Origin: an uncultured Opitutales bacterium
Lineage (GTDB): Bacteria > Verrucomicrobiota > Verrucomicrobiia > Opitutales > JABDGR01
Length of the DNA: 38,635 bases
Assembly: GCA_964499725.1 (NCBI GenBank)
Contig: CAZCMU010000001.1
Span: 1 to 38,635 of the forward strand
Direction of reading: 5' to 3'
Made by a program: the position numbers and the translations under genes. The notes beneath the pieces are model-generated. The model made no database searches. It was not told where the DNA came from and saw nothing but the letters and a program-made list of their open reading frames with translations. This document shows, in pieces, positions 35,706-38,635 of the stretch (position 1 is the stretch's first letter; each line of letters begins with the position of its first letter).

Positions 35706-35852
35706 GGGTGGACTATAGCGAAAATTTTTGCCGAGAAAAGATTATTCAAAGAGTTTTTGCATAAAAGCCCAATCATTAGCCGCTCTAAAACCTGTCAATC
35801 TTCGCGCGATAGACTTGCTTTTTTTCCTCACCCTGCTCTTTTCGGCAAGAAC

Positions 35853-36200
35853 ATGCCGCGCGCAAAAATTCTGGTCGGCTGGACCACGGTCAATTCAGCC
35901 CCCCTGGCCAGGAAGTTCGCCGCCGGCTTGGTCGCGGCGCGTCTGGCTGCCTGCGTGCAGGTGGACGGACCAATCGTGTCGCATTACGAGTGGAATGGAA
36001 AACAAACGAAGTCGAAAGAATGGCGGCTCTGGATTAAATTTTCCTCCCCGCAGGCACAGGCGATTGAAGACTGGTTGCGCGCCAACCACCCCTACTCCAC
36101 CCCGCAGTGGCTGGCCGTTGATGCGGCCATCGTGGCCGAGCCCTATCGCCAGTGGCTGCTGGAAAACACCCGCGCACTGCGGGCTCGAAAAAAGCGCTGA
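35853..36200 (+). CDS. cutA: Divalent-cation tolerance protein CutA
   Basis: This 115-aa ORF from ATG 35853 has the CutA pattern ARKFAAGLVAARLAACVQV.GPI.S.Y.W.G...........IK and ...HPYSTPQ. The track start at 35757 adds an unlikely 32-aa extension. Confidence 0.85.
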   Translation: MPRAKILVGWTTVNSAPLARKFAAGLVAARLAACVQVDGPIVSHYEWNGKQTKSKEWRLWIKFSSPQAQAIEDWLRANHPYSTPQWLAVDAAIVAEPYRQWLLENTRALRARKKR

Positions 36201-36202
36201 GT

Positions 36203-37999
36203 TTACTTGGGCAATTCCGTCTCGGCGGTGACGGTGATATGCGCGTCTTTAAGCTGGCGGGGCGTGACCGCCCCGGGCGACATGGCCATGAGGTCCTGGC
36301 CGCGTTGCGTCTTGGGGAAGGCCACGATGTCGCGGATACTCGAACGGCCGCCGAGAATGGCGCAGAGGCGGTCGAAGCCCAGGGCGATGCCGCCATGCGG
36401 GGGCGCGCCGAAATGAAAGGCGCGCAGGAGGTAGCCAAAACGACTTTCCACCAGATCCGCCGGGATTTTGAGAATGTCCTCGAAAATTCTCTTCTGCACG
36501 TCGGGCTGGTGAATGCGGATGCTGCCGCCGCCGAGTTCGACGCCGTTGAGCACCACGTCGTAGTGCTGGCCGCGGACTTCTTTGGGATTCTCGCTGAGCT
36601 TCGCGATATCCTCTGCCACCGGCGCAGTAAAAGGATGGTGCGTGGCGAGGTAGCGGCCTTCCGCCTCGTCGTAGCTCATGAGCGGGAAATCCACGACCCA
36701 GAGAAAATTGTATTGGTTCTTGGGGATGGTGAGGCGGCCGCGGGTTTCGAGCAACGCGGCGGCTTCGAGGCGGGTGCGGCCCAAAATGGCGCAGGCGCGC
36801 TCCCACGGGGCGGCGGCGAAAAACACGATGTCGCCTTCCTCAATTTTAAGGCGCGCGGCGAGCTCGGCCTTTTCGGTTTCGGAAAAGAATTTCAGGATGG
36901 GCGATTTCCACTCGCCTTTTTCCGCCTTGATGAAGGCGAGACCCTTCGCGCCGAGAGTCTTGGCGATGTCCTCGAGGCTTTTCAGTTCTCCCTGGGTGAG
37001 GTCGGCGAGGCCTTTGGCGTTGAACGCCTTGACGACGCCGCCCGCCTGCACCGCGCCGGCAAAGACTTTAAAGGTCGAAGCGCGAAACACCTCGGAAAGA
37101 TCAACCAGTTCGAGGCCGAAGCGGGTGTCGGGCTTGTCCACGCCGTAGCGGTTCATCGCGTCGTGGAAAGGCAGGCGCGGGAACGGCGTCGGAATGTCGA
37201 GGTCGAGCGTGGCTTTCCACACGCGCTTGAGCATGCCTTCAATCAGCGCGTAGATGTCCTCGCGTTCGATGAAGGACATTTCCAGGTCAATTTGCGTAAA
37301 TTCCGGCTGGCGGTCGGCGCGCAGGTCTTCGTCGCGAAAACAACGCGCGAGCGAGTAGTACCGCTCGACGCCGGCGACCATGAGGATTTGCTTGTATTGC
37401 TGCGGCGACTGGGAAAGGGCGTAAAACTGGCCGGGATTCAAGCGGCTCGGCACCAGAAATTCGCGCGCGCCTTCGGGCGTGCTTTTAAACAAAATGGGCG
37501 TCTCGACTTCGAGAAACCCCTGTTCGTCCAGATACCGGCGCACGGATTGCGCCGCCAGGTGGCGGAGTTTGAGCAGGCGGAGGCTTTGGGCGCGGCGCAA
37601 GTCGAGGTAACGGTAGGTCAGGCGCAGGTCTTCGTTGACCTTCTCGGCCTTTTCATCCTCCAGCGGAAAAGGCAAAGTCGCGCAGATATTGTGAATGGTG
37701 AGCTCGTGCGCCTCGACCTCGATATGGCCGGTCGCGAGCTTGGTGTTGATGGTTTCGACGGGGCGCGGCTTGACCCGGCCCGCGACCTCAATGACCGACT
37801 CGTCGCGCAGCGTCGGCAAAGTTTGGGCAAACGCGGCGTTTTGCGGATCGAACACCACCTGCGTCAGGCCCTCGCGATCGCGCAAATCCACAAAAACGAG
37901 GCCGCCGTGGTCGCGCACGGCTTGAATCCACCCGATGAGGGTGACTTCGCGACCAGAGTCGGCTTCGGTCAATTCTCCGCAGTGATGGGTTCGTTTCAT
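36203..37999 (-). CDS. aspS: Aspartyl-tRNA synthetase (class IIb)
   Basis: The N-terminal OB fold is THHCGELTEADSGREVTLIGWIQAVRDHGGLVFVDLRDREGLTQVVF. The motifs are motif 1 FYALSQSPQQYKQ, motif 2 CFRDEDLRADRQPEFTQID and motif 3 PHGGIALGFDRL. I prefer ATG 37999 (MKRTHH...) to the track start at 38101. Confidence 0.95.
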   Translation of the reverse strand: MKRTHHCGELTEADSGREVTLIGWIQAVRDHGGLVFVDLRDREGLTQVVFDPQNAAFAQTLPTLRDESVIEVAGRVKPRPVETINTKLATGHIEVEAHELTIHNICATLPFPLEDEKAEKVNEDLRLTYRYLDLRRAQSLRLLKLRHLAAQSVRRYLDEQGFLEVETPILFKSTPEGAREFLVPSRLNPGQFYALSQSPQQYKQILMVAGVERYYSLARCFRDEDLRADRQPEFTQIDLEMSFIEREDIYALIEGMLKRVWKATLDLDIPTPFPRLPFHDAMNRYGVDKPDTRFGLELVDLSEVFRASTFKVFAGAVQAGGVVKAFNAKGLADLTQGELKSLEDIAKTLGAKGLAFIKAEKGEWKSPILKFFSETEKAELAARLKIEEGDIVFFAAAPWERACAILGRTRLEAAALLETRGRLTIPKNQYNFLWVVDFPLMSYDEAEGRYLATHHPFTAPVAEDIAKLSENPKEVRGQHYDVVLNGVELGGGSIRIHQPDVQKRIFEDILKIPADLVESRFGYLLRAFHFGAPPHGGIALGFDRLCAILGGRSSIRDIVAFPKTQRGQDLMAMSPGAVTPRQLKDAHITVTAETELPK

Positions 38000-38195
38000 G
38001 GGCCGCGCAGGGGTGGAAACCGCCCACCTAAGCAACCCCCACCCGCCGGGACAAGCCTGAACTGAACTGAAAGGAAAGGAATTTGCTTTCAGCGGCGCCA
38101 CGGCCTTCGTGACCAGGGTTTACGTCCAGGGGGACCAGGTGTATTGTCAATACAAGCGCGGAGCCGAGGAATGGAGCCACCCTAAGGTTCTGGCG

Positions 38196-38635
38196 ATGAA
38201 TGGTGCTTCCGAGGTTATCGGCATGGGAGAGCAGGAGCTGCACGACGAAATTCACCAAACCCATTGGGGCGGGCGCGTGGCCCTCACGGACAAGGGTCTT
38301 GTGGTCACCATCAATCGTCTTGGGAACGATACCGTCGTTAAGCTCTCCGAGAAAGACCGCGAGCGGGCCGTGACGGTGCGTAACCGCGTAGTGGTGCATC
38401 AGACGCGCATTACGGAAGCCGCTCATCACTCGGCCATCGGCCGCGCCGGCTTTGTGTCGGACCACGGGAAGCCGCACGATCCCAAGGGGACCAAGGGTTT
38501 AATCGAAGCGATCCAAAACGCGGAAGGGACCATCATGATCGGTCCGGGAAGCATCGTCACCAGCCTCCTGCCCATTCTTTTAGTTAAGGAAGTTCGCGAC
38601 GCGCTTCGGGAGAAAGCCAAAACGACGCCCATCAT
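38196..38635 (+). CDS. Partial ORF (3' end outside the window) with a CofD/YvcK (UPF0052)-type GPGSxxTSxxPxLLV motif
   Basis: This is my own translation of the + frame that is open from 38061 to the window end. The track omits it because no stop is reached. It reads ...GRVALTDKGLVVTINRLGNDTVV...GLIEAIQNAEGTIMIGPGSIVTSLLPILLVKEVRDALREKAKTTPI. The last 40 aa closely resemble the EAIxxADxIVxGPGSLYTSxxPNLLVxGIxEAI block of YvcK/CofD proteins. The start is uncertain. Candidates are GTG 38109, ATG 38196 (AAGG 8 nt upstream) and ATG 38223 (GAGG 8 nt upstream). The overlapping minus-strand track ORFs (38028-38477, 38426-38635) look like Arg/His-rich antisense artefacts. Confidence 0.5.
   Translation, partial: MNGASEVIGMGEQELHDEIHQTHWGGRVALTDKGLVVTINRLGNDTVVKLSEKDRERAVTVRNRVVVHQTRITEAAHHSAIGRAGFVSDHGKPHDPKGTKGLIEAIQNAEGTIMIGPGSIVTSLLPILLVKEVRDALREKAKTTPI

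Noticed and set aside
35429-35776. The 115-aa minus-strand ORF ending 2 nt before the DUF2059 start, and the 63-aa + strand ORF at 35573-35764, inside the long intergenic region.
   Set aside because: The sequences have no recognisable domain, signal peptide or TM, and their composition is atypical for this genome. They overlap the hairpin-rich segment, which is better explained as RNA structure. I kept only the ncRNA/leader hypothesis, although a small protein cannot be strictly excluded.
38028-38635. Minus-strand track ORFs 38028-38477 (149 aa) and 38426-38635 (69 aa).
   Set aside because: Both are Arg/His/Gly-rich with no motifs and lie antisense to a + strand frame bearing a strong CofD/YvcK signature. 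I judged them to be antisense artefacts.

Overview
High-GC (about 60% by eye), densely packed bacterial chromosomal segment. The gene content and style point to the PVC group, probably Verrucomicrobiota, but that is inference only. Almost all of it is recognisable core metabolism or cell-envelope function. In order: class I fructose-bisphosphate aldolase (FbaB type), a HAD phosphatase, a GT61/DUF563 glycosyltransferase, an SGNH/SASA sialate-O-acetylesterase-like protein and riboflavin synthase (minus strand). Then a seven-gene translationally coupled MoxR-DUF58-DUF4381-BatA-BatB/C-BatD-BatE ('Bat aerotolerance'-like) operon, a complete biotin operon (bioA-bioB-bioD-bioF-small esterase-bioC) and mreB-mreC-mreD-mrdA. 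Then a thioredoxin-fold protein, a CHASE2 class III nucleotidyl cyclase preceded by an O-antigen-ligase-like/TPR membrane protein (minus strand), glnA, a CPA2 antiporter, a SulP/STAS permease, a DUF2059 protein, cutA and aspS. A partial + strand ORF absent from the supplied track runs off the 3' edge and carries a CofD/YvcK-type motif. I saw no rRNA, tRNA, CRISPR array, transposase or integrase. The features that annotation does not explain are: (i) the Bat-like MoxR/VWA operon, with a BatB-BatC fusion containing a roughly 170-residue Q/N-rich tract encoded by imperfect CAG/CAA/AAC repeats; (ii) a cluster of N-x-T sequons in the DUF4381 protein; (iii) a 425-bp lower-GC intergenic region (35427-35852) whose hairpins, 8-bp long-range helix, TATAGT box and U-run fit a roughly 185-nt minus-strand ncRNA; (iv) a minimal BioH/BioG-like esterase in the bio operon, plus a BirA-operator-like inverted repeat upstream of bioA; (v) a sigma-54-like element upstream of glnA; and (vi) the N-terminally short CofD/YvcK-like ORF at the window edge. 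None of these is proven. I found no defence, toxin-antitoxin or mobile system.
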